A stretch of 64,000 nt of DNA from Candidatus Sericytochromatia bacterium (GTDB taxonomy: Bacteria; Cyanobacteriota; Sericytochromatia; S15B-MN24; UBA4093): NCBI GenBank assembly GCA_036676985.1, contig JAKFBU010000001.1:32001-96000 (forward strand). The letters are read 5' to 3'. This document shows, in pieces, positions 38,864 through 50,464 of the stretch. The notes beneath the pieces were generated by a model. The model was given only the letters and a program-made list of their open reading frames with translations, was not told the origin of the DNA and ran no database searches. Each line of letters begins with the position of its first letter. Position 1 is the stretch's first letter. A program made the translations under genes and the position numbers.

Positions 38864-39079
38864 ATGGATGAGGAGCTGATCTGGTTGGAAGGTGGTCTCG
38901 AGACCCTCGAAGAGGCCTCGGAGGTCGACTGGCGGGACGTGTGCGAGCACTTCGAGAACGGCGAGTGCCTGCAGATGGGAGCGCCCTGTCCGGTGCGCGG
39001 CAACCTCCAGAGCGTCGCATGCCTCCTGGCCGACGAGGGGTTCGGCGAAGAGGAGGAAGAATGGCCCGAGGCCTCCTAG
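38864..39079 (+). CDS. Small acidic four-cysteine protein
   Basis: 71 aa; Cx7Cx6Cx10C; GAGGAG upstream; typical codon usage. Confidence 0.6.
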   Translation: MDEELIWLEGGLETLEEASEVDWRDVCEHFENGECLQMGAPCPVRGNLQSVACLLADEGFGEEEEEWPEAS

Positions 39080-39180
39080 GCCTCACAGGCGGGCGGAGTG
39101 CCGCCCAGGCTAGGCAACCGACCTGGCGGGAGGTATCATGGCGGGCACGATAGCGTGCATCCACCCGCGCGGAGGGCCTA

Positions 39181-40290
39181 GTGCTCGACGAGACGCCCGA
39201 CGTCCGCCTGGCGGACCTGGTTCGGACCACCCCCACCCTGCATCCCGAAGACAGTCTGAGCAAGGCGCTGCACCAGCTGCGCCTGTCTCCGGCCCACGCC
39301 CTGCCCGTCGTCGCCGATGGCCGGCTCCTGGGGGTGGTGGCCGAGGTGGACCTGCTGGAGGCCCTGCACCGCGCGGGGGGTTCCTTGGCCGCGGGGCTCG
39401 ACAGCGTGAGCGTCGCCGCGGCCATGACCCGCGAGGTGACCACCGGCAGCTCCCTGTCCTCGATCGCGAGCGCCTGGGAGACCATGGCCACGGGCCGCAT
39501 CAAGCTCCTGCCCGTCGTCGACGAGGCGGGGCGCTTCAGCGGGGTCGTCTCCCGCAACGACCTGTTGGCGGCCATGCACCGCGACCTGCGCCCGCAGGCG
39601 GTGGGCGGCCTCGCCACGCCGCTCGGCGTGTACCTCACCACCGGGGATCACCGGGCGGGAGCGGGCGACTTCGGCCTCTTCCTGACCGGGGTGGTCATGG
39701 CGCTCTGCCACCTGGTGGTCGTCAACGTGCTCGAGGGCTTCGCCCTGACGCAGGGCTATGCCCTGCCCGCCTGGCCCACGGCCGTCGCCGAGTTCCTGTT
39801 GTACCTCTTCCTGTTGCGCCTGACGCCGCTCTCGGGCTTCCATGCCGCCGAGCACCAGGTCGTGCACCTGATCGAGCGGGGCGAGCCCCTGGTCATGCGC
39901 AACCTCCAGCGCCAGCCCCGCGAGCATCCGCGCTGCGGCACCAACCTGGTCGCGCTCATCTTCGGCGCCCAGCTGCTCTTGCCCATCGCCACCAACCCGG
40001 CCGTGGCCATGGGCTCGGCTCTGTTGCTGTTTCTGGCATGGCGCCGCATGGGCTGGGCGTTCCAGCGCGCCTTCACCACCAAGCCCGCGAGCGAGTTGCA
40101 GCTGCGGAGCGCGATCGCCGCGGGCCGCACCCTGCTCGCGGCCTACGGGGCCCGTCCCAGCCACCGCGCCACGCGCCTCCAGCGCCTCTGGGCGAGCGGT
40201 TTCCTGCAGATGGTCGCGGGCTTCCTGGTGGTGCACCTCGTGGTACAATGCCTGAATGCGTTGTTCCCGCAACTCGGCGTGCTCGCTTGA
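39181..40290 (+). CDS. CBS-pair plus DUF1385 (YqhQ-like putative metalloprotease) fusion
   Basis: Two CBS domains (LPVV..GVV), VGG, FHAAEH, HPRCGTN, FTTKP. Confidence 0.82.
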   Translation: MLDETPDVRLADLVRTTPTLHPEDSLSKALHQLRLSPAHALPVVADGRLLGVVAEVDLLEALHRAGGSLAAGLDSVSVAAAMTREVTTGSSLSSIASAWETMATGRIKLLPVVDEAGRFSGVVSRNDLLAAMHRDLRPQAVGGLATPLGVYLTTGDHRAGAGDFGLFLTGVVMALCHLVVVNVLEGFALTQGYALPAWPTAVAEFLLYLFLLRLTPLSGFHAAEHQVVHLIERGEPLVMRNLQRQPREHPRCGTNLVALIFGAQLLLPIATNPAVAMGSALLLFLAWRRMGWAFQRAFTTKPASELQLRSAIAAGRTLLAAYGARPSHRATRLQRLWASGFLQMVAGFLVVHLVVQCLNALFPQLGVLA

Positions 40291-40313
40291 TTTCAGGCTG
40301 AAAGGATCTCGGA

Positions 40314-41405
40314 ATGACTGACCTGCAGCGGTATCTCTTGGTCGCAGCAATTATCGCGGTGCTGATCCTGATCCATGAGGCCGGCCACTTCCTGTGCGCC
40401 AAGGCGCTGCGGATCCCGGTGCGCGAGTTCGCGCTCGGGTTCGGCCCCAAGCTGTTCGGCTTCCGCTGGAACGAGACGGACGTGCGGCTCAACTTGCTGC
40501 CCTTGGGCGGCTACTGCGCCTTTCTCGACGACGACAAGACCGGCGAGTACGCCGAGGACGATCCGCGCCTCCTGCGCAACCGGCCCGTGTGGCAGCGCTT
40601 CATCGTCGTCAGCGGCGGCGTGTTCTTCAACTACGTCTCGGCCTTCTTGATCCTGCTGGTCACGGCCTTCACCATCGGCTTCGTGCAGTTCAAGGTCGGC
40701 GACCTCCAGGTCACGCAGGTCATGCCGGCGCAGCCCGCCGAGCAGGCTGGGTTCAAGGCCGGCGACAAGGTGATCTCGGTCGGCGCCAAGTCCATCGAGG
40801 CCCCCGACGACTTCATCGCCGCGGTGCGCGAGCGCGCGGGCCAGCCGACCCAGGTCGTGGTCGCGCGCGGGAGCGAGCAGCAGACGCTGACGGTCACGCC
40901 CAACGCCCAGGGCAAGATCGGCGTCGGCATCCAGCCCAGTTACGTGTCGCGCGAGTACAAGCGCCCCGACAACCCGTTCATGGCGGCCGTCGGCACCACC
41001 GGCCACATGACCGTCCAGACCGTCGACGGCTTCGCCAAGCTCGTCACGGGCAAGATGAACGTCAACGACCTGGGCGGCGTCATCGAGATCGGCCGCGCGG
41101 GCGCCTACGTCGCCAAGAACGACGTGCGCGACATGCTGAGCTTCATGGCCCTCATCTCGATCGGCCTGGCGGTCATGAACGTGCTGCCCCTGCCCGCCCT
41201 CGACGGCGGCCACATGGTCTTCCTCCTGATCGAGGCCATCCGGCGCCGTCCGGTGCCCAAGCGCATCGAGGAGCCCATCCAGCAGGGCGGCCTGGTGCTC
41301 CTCCTGGGCCTCATGACCCTCCTGCTCGTCAAGGACATCGTCCGACCCATCAAGTACCCCGAGCTGCCGAGCCCGAGCCCGGCGGTGTCCGCCCCCCAGA
41401 AGTAA
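40314..41405 (+). CDS. rseP: RIP metalloprotease RseP (M50 with PDZ domain)
   Basis: HEAGH, GFGPKL, PLGGY, PDZ domain, NVLPLPALDGGH. Confidence 0.93.
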   Translation: MTDLQRYLLVAAIIAVLILIHEAGHFLCAKALRIPVREFALGFGPKLFGFRWNETDVRLNLLPLGGYCAFLDDDKTGEYAEDDPRLLRNRPVWQRFIVVSGGVFFNYVSAFLILLVTAFTIGFVQFKVGDLQVTQVMPAQPAEQAGFKAGDKVISVGAKSIEAPDDFIAAVRERAGQPTQVVVARGSEQQTLTVTPNAQGKIGVGIQPSYVSREYKRPDNPFMAAVGTTGHMTVQTVDGFAKLVTGKMNVNDLGGVIEIGRAGAYVAKNDVRDMLSFMALISIGLAVMNVLPLPALDGGHMVFLLIEAIRRRPVPKRIEEPIQQGGLVLLLGLMTLLLVKDIVRPIKYPELPSPSPAVSAPQK

Positions 41406-41456
41406 CGGAACCCACCTCGCCCGCACCGTCGTCCTCGCATCGAAAGGATCCCGTCC

Positions 41457-42758
41457 GTGACTCAAGCCGCTCATCCCACCACCCGCTCCCAGGCCCTGTG
41501 GGCCGAGGCCCAGACCCTGATGCCCGGCGGCGTCAACTCGCCGGTGCGCGCGTTCAAGTCGGTGGGCGGCGATCCCGTCTTCATCGACCGGGCCGAGGGC
41601 GCCTACATGTGGGACGCGGACGGCAACCGCTACGTGGACTACATCGGTAGCTGGGGCCCCATGATCCTCGGCCACGGCCACCCGGCGGTCAAAGAGGCGC
41701 TGCATGCGGCCCTCGAGCGCGGCACGACCTACGGCGCGCCCTCTGCCGGCGAGGTGGAGCTTGCCAAGCTCATCTCTGAGGCCGTGCCCTCCATCGAGAT
41801 GGTGCGGCTCGTCAACTCGGGCACCGAGGCGACCATGAGCGCCCTGCGCCTGGCGCGCGCCTTCACTGGCCGCGAGAAGATCGTCAAGTTCGTGGGCTGC
41901 TACCACGGCCACGCGGACATGCTCCTGGTCCAGGCCGGCAGCGGCGTGGCGACCCTCGGCCTGCCCGACAGCCCGGGCGTGACCAAGGGGGCCGTCGCAA
42001 GCACCCTGACGGTGCCCTTCAACGATCCGGCCGCCCTCGACGCGGTCTTCGCGGCGAACGCCGACTCGATCGCGGCCGTGATCGTGGAGCCCGTGGTCGG
42101 CAACGCCGGCACCCTGCCGCCCGAGCCGGGCTTCCTGGAGCACCTGCGGGCCGTGACGAGCCGCTACGGCGCGCTGCTCATCTTCGACGAGGTCATGACG
42201 GGCTTCCGGGTCGCTTACGGCGGCGCCCAGGAGCGCTACGGCATCAAGCCCGACCTGACCTGCCTCGGCAAGGTCATCGGCGGCGGGCTGCCGGTGGGCG
42301 CCTACGGCGGCCGCAAGGACATCATGCAGCTGGTGGCACCCGCGGGCCCCATGTACCAGGCGGGCACGCTCTCGGGCAACCCCATGGCCACCGCCGCGGG
42401 CATCGCCACCCTCAAGGTCCTGCGCGAGCCCGGCACCTACGAGAAGCTCGAGGCCGCGACCAAGACCCTCACGGCCGGCCTGAAGGAGGCCGCGGACGCG
42501 GCGGGCGTGCCCGTCACCATCAACCAGGTGGGGGCCATGTTCACGCTGTTCTTCGCCGCGGGCCCGATCAAGGACTGGGACACGGCCAAGGTCGCGGACA
42601 CGAGCAAGTTCGGCGCCTACTTCCGCGCCATGCTGCAGGCGGGCGTGTACCTCGCCCCGTCCCAGTTCGAGGCCGCCTTCATGTCGCTCGCCCACACCGA
42701 TCAGGAGATCGAACTCACCCTGCGGGCCGCCCGCGCGGCCTTCAACAGTCTGAGGTAA
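41457..42758 (+). CDS. hemL: Glutamate-1-semialdehyde 2,1-aminomutase
   Basis: [42 protein letters not shown]. Confidence 0.98.
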   Translation: MTQAAHPTTRSQALWAEAQTLMPGGVNSPVRAFKSVGGDPVFIDRAEGAYMWDADGNRYVDYIGSWGPMILGHGHPAVKEALHAALERGTTYGAPSAGEVELAKLISEAVPSIEMVRLVNSGTEATMSALRLARAFTGREKIVKFVGCYHGHADMLLVQAGSGVATLGLPDSPGVTKGAVASTLTVPFNDPAALDAVFAANADSIAAVIVEPVVGNAGTLPPEPGFLEHLRAVTSRYGALLIFDEVMTGFRVAYGGAQERYGIKPDLTCLGKVIGGGLPVGAYGGRKDIMQLVAPAGPMYQAGTLSGNPMATAAGIATLKVLREPGTYEKLEAATKTLTAGLKEAADAAGVPVTINQVGAMFTLFFAAGPIKDWDTAKVADTSKFGAYFRAMLQAGVYLAPSQFEAAFMSLAHTDQEIELTLRAARAAFNSLR

Positions 42759-42763
42759 CGCCC

Positions 42764-43417
42764 ATGAGACGCTTCGCCCTGGCCCTGTTGGGGGCCGTCC
42801 TGCTCACGGCCTGCTCGGAGTCTCCGACGGCGGTTGTGCCCCAGACGAACCCCCTGCCCGGGGCGAAGCTCACCTCGGCCTACGGGCCCCGGACGCACGA
42901 CCCCATCACGGGCAAGGCGCTGGTGGACGGCCATCACGACGGCCACGACCTGGCCGCGGCCGCCGGCACGCCCATCCGGGCCTCCAAGGAAGGCAAGGTG
43001 ACGTTCGCGGGCACCCGGGGCGGCTACGGCAAGGCCGTGATCCTCTCCCATGCGGAAGGCTGGAGCACCCTCTACGGCCATGCGAGCAAGCTCGCGGTCC
43101 AGGAGGGCCAGACGGTCCGCGCCGGCCAGGTCATCGCCTACGTGGGCAGCACCGGCCACTCGACCGGCCCCCACTTACACTATGAGCTGCGCCGCAACGG
43201 CGTGGCCATGGACCCGGGCCTCGCCTGGCTCCCGGGGCCTCAGGCCGCCAAGGCCTCGAAGGTCGCCAAGGGCAAGGTGATCGCCAAGGGCAAGGCGATC
43301 GCCAAGCGTCCCGCCGTGAAGCAGGCCGTGAAGCCGGCCATCAAGCAGGTGGCAAAGAAGTCCGCCCCCAAGAAGGTCGCCAAGTCGACCTCCAAGGTGG
43401 CCCTCCGAGGCACCTAA
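42764..43417 (+). CDS. M23 peptidase lipoprotein with a Lys/Ala-rich tail
   Basis: LLTAC lipobox; HDGHD, YGH, STGPHLHYE. Confidence 0.9.
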   Translation: MRRFALALLGAVLLTACSESPTAVVPQTNPLPGAKLTSAYGPRTHDPITGKALVDGHHDGHDLAAAAGTPIRASKEGKVTFAGTRGGYGKAVILSHAEGWSTLYGHASKLAVQEGQTVRAGQVIAYVGSTGHSTGPHLHYELRRNGVAMDPGLAWLPGPQAAKASKVAKGKVIAKGKAIAKRPAVKQAVKPAIKQVAKKSAPKKVAKSTSKVALRGT

Positions 43418-43559
43418 CAAAACCAGGCATGTGTCGCCGATGGCCGCCTTCCGGCGGCTTGAAGGAACAGTTTCGTTAGGCGCTCGCAGCCGCTGAGCGC
43501 GTTAGGCGCCGCCCGATCAGAGGTAAAATGACCGAGCGATCGTCTGGGCGGAGGAGCAC

Positions 43560-43841
43560 ATGCCACGAGCTTTTCGGATCGGGACCCTGGTCGTCGCCCT
43601 CATGCTGATCGGCTGCACGGATCCGGCCTCCCTGCCCAACGAGATCCTGGCGGTCGACGACCGGGTCAACACGAACATGCCCGTGACCGAAGAACGGGGC
43701 CACCGCACCGTCGGCGTCATCGTCATGTCGGGCGTCACGCGCCCTCTGCCGACGCCCTCGCCGCGCCCCACTCCGCTCGCCGCGCCCACGCCGGCTCCGA
43801 CGCCCTCGCCGAGCCCGAGCGGTCCGATCGTCCTGCCTTAA
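43560..43841 (+). CDS. Small Pro-rich lipoprotein
   Basis: GGAGGAG RBS; LIGC lipobox; PTPSP tail. Confidence 0.6.
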   Translation: MPRAFRIGTLVVALMLIGCTDPASLPNEILAVDDRVNTNMPVTEERGHRTVGVIVMSGVTRPLPTPSPRPTPLAAPTPAPTPSPSPSGPIVLP

Positions 43842-43974
43842 CAATAAGAGACAACTCTTCGTAAATCAGGTAAACTGGGGTTCTGTGCACCGGCCCGCAA
43901 CGACGCGGGCCGGGGTCCTTGTCGTGCCGGACCGTTCGACCGGGGCGCTGAAGCCCCAGGAGGCCTCGACTCAC

Positions 43975-45570
<1,596 letters not shown>

Positions 45571-45583
45571 CCCGAACCCCCGC

Positions 45584-45613
45584 AAAAAGGCCCCGCCAGG
45601 CGGGGCCTTTTCT
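45584..45613 (+). terminator. Terminator after pckA
   Basis: AAAAGGCCCCGCC / GGCGGGGCCTTTT. Confidence 0.85.
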
Positions 45614-45664
45614 CGTTTGCGTGGTAAGATCCTTGCGTCACCTCGCTTCCCGTTGGAGGACGCC

Positions 45665-46153
45665 ATGCGCCTGCGCACCCTGCTGCCCCTGATGGTGGTC
45701 GCGATCGCCGCCTGCCAGACCGAGATCTACCCCGAGGCCCCCACGGTCCCCGCCCGCACCACGACCGGGGCCACCCCCGAGCCGGGCGGTACTGCCACCA
45801 AGCCGGAGCCCGGCTTCGAAGGCGGCCAGGTGGTGGCGAGCGGCCAGGGCTGGCTGGAGTTCGCCCCCCTGGAGAGCGCCAACAACTCGGGACGGGTCTT
45901 CTTCGCCTTCTTCCCCTACGACTCGCAGCTGCGCACCGCGGGCCCGAGCTCCTCGGTGACAGGAACGGCCGTCATGACGGACTCGACCGGCGCCAAGGAG
46001 ACCAAGGCCCTCCAGTTCTACGCCGACACCTCGAGCACGCCCGTCACCTACTGCTGGCCGACGCTCGTCTCCAAGCGCACCTACACGATCCATGCCACCC
46101 TCAAGGTCGACGGCGAGACCTACGAGGGGGACTTCACGTACCAGGCAAAGTAG
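45665..46153 (+). CDS. Lipoprotein of unknown function (single Ig-like beta domain)
   Basis: GGAGGA RBS; IAAC lipobox. Confidence 0.7.
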   Translation: MRLRTLLPLMVVAIAACQTEIYPEAPTVPARTTTGATPEPGGTATKPEPGFEGGQVVASGQGWLEFAPLESANNSGRVFFAFFPYDSQLRTAGPSSSVTGTAVMTDSTGAKETKALQFYADTSSTPVTYCWPTLVSKRTYTIHATLKVDGETYEGDFTYQAK

Positions 46154-46259
46154 CAACACCCCCTCCACCTTTGGCCAAACTGCCCGAAGGTCTTGGCGAC
46201 TCTGCTGTATAGCATGGGCGCCAGGCTCCGCGTGGGCCTTAGCCGGACGGAGGAGGAGC

Positions 46260-46952
46260 ATGAGCAAGTTTGCGAGGCCGCTGGGTGCGGCGCTCACCGG
46301 AATCGTCGCAGGGGCGCTCCTTGGCAGCCCCGCCTGGGCCCAGGTCCCCGCCGAGCCCTACTCGCCGGCCCGGTACACAAGCCCCAAGCCGAGCGGGGCC
46401 ATCGGGACCTTCGCCTGGTACGCCAACGGGAACTACACGTCGGGCCCCACGAACCTGGTGGGCAACGCCTTCCTGCCCGGGCTCGCCATGAACGTGTGGT
46501 TCACGCCCTGGCTCTCGGCGGGCGTCTGGGCCACCACCGGCGTCTTCGGCGGCACCTTGGGTCCGGTGGCCTCCCCCTTCACCAACGCCGAGGCCGAGAT
46601 CAAGGCCAAGATCTTCCAGACGGGCGGCGGCACCTTCGGCTCGGCCCTCACGGCCGACCTGGGCGGTGTCGTCCGCACCGTCGGCGTGGGCAGCGGCACC
46701 TCTCCCAAGCTGGGGGCGATCTTCGACATGAACCTGCCCGCGCGCTTTGCCCTGCAGGCCCGCCTGGATTGGGCCCCGTGGCTCTTCGTCAACGGCTTGC
46801 AGACCAACGTCTTCGACTACAAGCTGGGCCTCGGACGGCCGCTCTTTCCGGGCATCGGGCTCGACTTCGGCGTGCGCGGCCAGACCGCCGTGGCTCCCGA
46901 CAGCCTGCTCAGCCTGAACGGCCCGTATCTGGGCGTGGGGTGGGTCTTCTAG
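46260..46952 (+). CDS. Putative small outer-membrane beta-barrel protein
   Basis: GGAGGAGG RBS; signal peptide ending AWA; C-terminal GPYLGVGWVF. Confidence 0.75.
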   Translation: MSKFARPLGAALTGIVAGALLGSPAWAQVPAEPYSPARYTSPKPSGAIGTFAWYANGNYTSGPTNLVGNAFLPGLAMNVWFTPWLSAGVWATTGVFGGTLGPVASPFTNAEAEIKAKIFQTGGGTFGSALTADLGGVVRTVGVGSGTSPKLGAIFDMNLPARFALQARLDWAPWLFVNGLQTNVFDYKLGLGRPLFPGIGLDFGVRGQTAVAPDSLLSLNGPYLGVGWVF

Positions 46953-47077
46953 ACGCCGTTCCCGAGCCGTTAAATTGAGGTTTAGCTTGCGCTAAGCTTT
47001 GGGGCCAAATCACAAGTCCCATGCCTCCCTGCCGGATAAGGAGATCACGAATCCTCGTCCGTAGGGAGGCATAGCGT

Positions 47078-47998
47078 ATGAGTGGCGGTCTGATCTCATC
47101 CCTGTTTGGCGCGAAGGCGGCTCCGAAGGACTGGCAGCCCCGATCCTTCCGCTCGCCCGAGCCGGATCCCGAACCGCAAGGGCAGGCCTCGCGCGATCGC
47201 CTCGAGCTGAGCCGTCCGGCGACCCCGGCGCGCGCTCCCCAGGCGCCATCCAGCTTCCGCAACGCCCGGTTCTCCGGTGACGACCTGAAGGCGGTGCTCG
47301 CGGGCGGCGTCCTCAAGTCCGGCGCCTCCGGCGAGGGCGTCAAGGCCGTGCAGCAGGCCCTCTCGGACCTCGGGTTCGCCCTGGAGGGCGGAGCCGACGG
47401 CGCCTTCGGCGGCAAGACCGCCCAGGCCCTCCGGAACTTCCAGGCGAGCCAGAAGCTGCCCAAGACCGGCGTGCTCGATGCGGCCACCCTGCGCGCCCTC
47501 GACGAGGTCGCCCCGGCCCCCGGCCTCAAGGCCTGGGAGGATCCCAAGCTCTCGCCCAAGGCCTTCGAGCAGCCCCAGGTGGTGCGCGGCAAGATGAGCC
47601 GCATCGTGGTGGGCACCGAGCAGCACCGCGCCTTCATGTTCGATGCCAACGGCAAGCTCCAGAAGATCTACCCCATCGCGGACGGCAAGGTCGAGTCGGA
47701 CACCAAGCCCGGCATCAAGGTGGTGGACGGCAAGCTCGCCGACCCCAGCGGCATCGCCCGGCAGCTGTGGCCGGAGTCCGGCGGCAAGGCCTTCGGCACG
47801 CGCCTGGTCGGTCTCTCCTGGCTCAACGAGAAGACGGGCAAGACCAGCCACAGCGGCGAGGAGCTGCACGGCACCTTCGCTCGCGACTCGATCGGTACGG
47901 ATGCCTCGCATGGCTGCATGCGCCTCTTCAACGAGCACATCGAGGAGGTCTACCAGCAGGTCAAGGTGGGCGACGTCGTGGTGGTCCGCAAGAGCTAG
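47078..47998 (+). CDS. PG-binding domain plus L,D-transpeptidase (YkuD) protein
   Basis: VKAVQQAL..GADGAFGGKT..FQ..TGVLD; LHGT...SHGCMRL. Confidence 0.9.
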   Translation: MSGGLISSLFGAKAAPKDWQPRSFRSPEPDPEPQGQASRDRLELSRPATPARAPQAPSSFRNARFSGDDLKAVLAGGVLKSGASGEGVKAVQQALSDLGFALEGGADGAFGGKTAQALRNFQASQKLPKTGVLDAATLRALDEVAPAPGLKAWEDPKLSPKAFEQPQVVRGKMSRIVVGTEQHRAFMFDANGKLQKIYPIADGKVESDTKPGIKVVDGKLADPSGIARQLWPESGGKAFGTRLVGLSWLNEKTGKTSHSGEELHGTFARDSIGTDASHGCMRLFNEHIEEVYQQVKVGDVVVVRKS

Positions 47999-48096
47999 AT
48001 CCGCCCCGGACGGGACTCTCGCCCGCCCCTTCCCCGCATGAAGGTCGTTGGCTGCCGCACGAAGCCTAACGAACTTTTAAGCTTGCGGAAAGATGG

Positions 48097-48125
48097 TTGA
48101 CTTCCGCTGCTCGGCGCGATACGAT
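48097..48125 (+). promoter_or_regulatory. Sigma70-type promoter of tRNA-Asp
   Basis: TTGACT-17 bp-TACGAT. Confidence 0.75.
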
Positions 48126-48138
48126 ACAGGAGTCGCTT

Positions 48139-48212
48139 GGGGTTGTAGTTCAGTTGGTTAGAATGCGGCCCTGTCAAGGCCGAGGTCGCGGGTTCGAGCC
48201 CCGTCAACCCCG
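48139..48212 (+). tRNA. tRNA-Asp(GTC), CCA not encoded
   Basis: Acceptor stem GGGGTTG/CAACCCC, anticodon arm CGGCC-CTGTCAA-GGCCG, T-loop GGTTCGAGCC. Confidence 0.97.
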
Positions 48213-48223
48213 CTCAAGCACAT

Positions 48224-48258
48224 CGTCCCCGACGCTTCGGCGTCGGGGACGGTTTTTT
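48224..48258 (+). terminator. Terminator after tRNA-Asp
   Basis: CGTCCCCGACGC-TTCG-GCGTCGGGGACG followed by a T-tract. Confidence 0.9.
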
Positions 48259-48361
48259 GTTTCTCCTGGTACGAACGCCTGGACGCCGGGAATACAAGGG
48301 GCAGCTCCCCCAGCCGCCGGGCGTCCTGGCGGCCGGCACGAAAGATGAGGTGGATCGGTCC

Positions 48362-49465
48362 ATGCGCGCCCTTCGCCGCTGGCAACTCGCCGCCCTGACC
48401 CTCATGTCCCTCGGCACCCTGCCCCTCATCGGCTGCGACGCCCTCCAGACCGGCGCCCTGCCGGGCGCCACCACGAGCGCCAAGCCGGCCCTCAAGCTGA
48501 CGATCCTGGGGGACTTCGCCCCCCTGCGAACGACGAGCGCGGACTCCCGGTTCGGCCGGATCGAGATCCGGGGCGGCGACAAGCTCGCGCCCCGCATCCT
48601 GAAGCGAGCGGAGCTCGCGGCGGCCCTCAAGGGCACCAAGCCGCTGGACGGCGTGAGCATCACGAACTCCGAGCTGGTCGTGACCTACGAGGAGCTGGAA
48701 CCCGGCGACTACACCCTCGCCGTGATGCTCTACGACCAGGCCGAAGGCGGCACCAAGCTGAGCGACAACGCCTTCGACAAGAAGCTGGAGCTCGGCGTGC
48801 TCGAGGCCGTGCGGCTCGACCTGTCGGCGGCGGTCGCCGCCACCGTCCCCACCCCCACGCCGAGTCCCGCGCCGGCGGCCGCCGCCCCGCGCGGCGACCT
48901 CGAGGCCCGCGTGGACCTCCTGCCGAACGGCGACGGCCAGGCCCATCCCGTCACGCTGAACGGCGGCCTGCTGGCGCACTTCCAGGTCCCGACCGCCGCG
49001 AACTCCAGCTGGCAGTACGAGGCCACCCAGTCGGTCTTCACGGAGCTCGGCCCCTACGCGCGCACCGAGACGCTCACGCTGACGGCCGTATCAGCAAGCA
49101 GCCTGCGAGCCAACGGCACCATCGCGGGCACGCTCTACACCAACCGGGTCTTCGCGCCGTGGAGCGACTTCCACCGCCTCCTGGGCTTCGCCACCCTGGG
49201 CGACGCGGCCCTGCAGACCACCGGGGCGACCCGCTCGTTCGCGGTGGGCGCCCAGACTCACGTCGGGACCCACTACTTCCTCACGACGCAGGGCTTCGAG
49301 GACGAGGACGCCACCGTCAACTGGCCATCCTACCCGCTCTCCCATTCGATCGACCTGTGGTACGAGCCGGGCGTCGGGCTCTTGGCCTCCGACGACACCG
49401 TCTACCTCGAGGACGGCCGCGTGATGAAGGGCATGAGCGTCCGACTCAAGTCGTTCGGCCAGTAG
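48362..49465 (+). CDS. Lipoprotein (Ig-like N-domain, PT linker, beta-sheet C-domain)
   Basis: LIGC lipobox; LEPGDYTLAV; LWYEPGVGLL C-terminal motif. Confidence 0.72.
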   Translation: MRALRRWQLAALTLMSLGTLPLIGCDALQTGALPGATTSAKPALKLTILGDFAPLRTTSADSRFGRIEIRGGDKLAPRILKRAELAAALKGTKPLDGVSITNSELVVTYEELEPGDYTLAVMLYDQAEGGTKLSDNAFDKKLELGVLEAVRLDLSAAVAATVPTPTPSPAPAAAAPRGDLEARVDLLPNGDGQAHPVTLNGGLLAHFQVPTAANSSWQYEATQSVFTELGPYARTETLTLTAVSASSLRANGTIAGTLYTNRVFAPWSDFHRLLGFATLGDAALQTTGATRSFAVGAQTHVGTHYFLTTQGFEDEDATVNWPSYPLSHSIDLWYEPGVGLLASDDTVYLEDGRVMKGMSVRLKSFGQ

Positions 49466-49474
49466 GAGGTCCGC

Positions 49475-50455
49475 ATGTCGATCACCCCCATCCTGTCGCT
49501 CCTGTCCCTGCTCGGCCTCGTGATCCTGGCCGGCTGCACGGCCGTTCCGACCCTCATCGGCGGCGCCGGCGGGGCCGACGCGCTCGGCACGGCCCAGGTG
49601 ACCCTCGCCGCCTGGGGACGCAGCACGCAGGCGACGGCCGAGGACGTCTCGACGGTGTCCATCAGCGTCTCGCCCAAGGGCGGCAACCCGTTTTTCGGCC
49701 GCACGCTGATGGTCCCGAGCGCCTCCTTCAGCGCCGGCACGGCCACGGCCCGTTTCTCCGGCCTCTCGGTCGGCACCTGGCAGGTCTCCGCCAAGGCCCT
49801 CGGCGCCGCGGGTCAGAACCTCGGGTCGGCCACCGCGGACGTGGCCGTCACCTCAGGCCAGACCTCCCAGGTCACGCTGCCCATCAAGCTCGCGCCCACC
49901 AGCGGCCTGCAGCTCCAGGTCGGGCTCCGCGAGAAGGTCGTGCGCTGGAACGCCGCCATGCCGGCGGCCAGCGAGTCGGCCGCCACGGAGCTCGCGTTCC
50001 TCCAGACCGCGGGCCTGGAAAATGACGGCAACCGCTGGGAGTACGTCCTGAAGAACGACGCGGGAACGCATGCCGCCGTCTACACCGTGGCCTTCGATGG
50101 CCTGACGGGCAACAACTACCTGCGCGTGGAGGTGGCAGGGCGTGCTCCTCACCGCGTGAAGCTGAGCGACGGGGGCGCGAGCGCCCAGGAAGCCCAGCAG
50201 AACGATCTCTACTACCTGCCCGGCACGGCCCGGCTGGTGGCGACGGGCTCCGAGTCCGTCGCGGGCCAGTCGCGCCCCTTCCGGAAGTTCCGCTTCAGCG
50301 TCGACTACCCCTACACCGACGGCCGGACGGTGGCCGTGCAGGTCGAGCGCTGGGTGGCCCCCGACGTCGGGAGCTACCGGGAAGCGGTCACGGAGTCCTT
50401 TCCCGATGGGGAACTGGCCACCAGCTCGCTCGAGCTCGTGACCTACGCGTTCTAG
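49475..50455 (+). CDS. Lipoprotein, distant paralogue of the preceding gene
   Basis: AGGAGG RBS; LAGC lipobox; LSVGTWQVSA; RWVAPDVG C-terminal motif. Confidence 0.75.
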   Translation: MSITPILSLLSLLGLVILAGCTAVPTLIGGAGGADALGTAQVTLAAWGRSTQATAEDVSTVSISVSPKGGNPFFGRTLMVPSASFSAGTATARFSGLSVGTWQVSAKALGAAGQNLGSATADVAVTSGQTSQVTLPIKLAPTSGLQLQVGLREKVVRWNAAMPAASESAATELAFLQTAGLENDGNRWEYVLKNDAGTHAAVYTVAFDGLTGNNYLRVEVAGRAPHRVKLSDGGASAQEAQQNDLYYLPGTARLVATGSESVAGQSRPFRKFRFSVDYPYTDGRTVAVQVERWVAPDVGSYREAVTESFPDGELATSSLELVTYAF

Positions 50456-50464
50456 GAGGAAACG

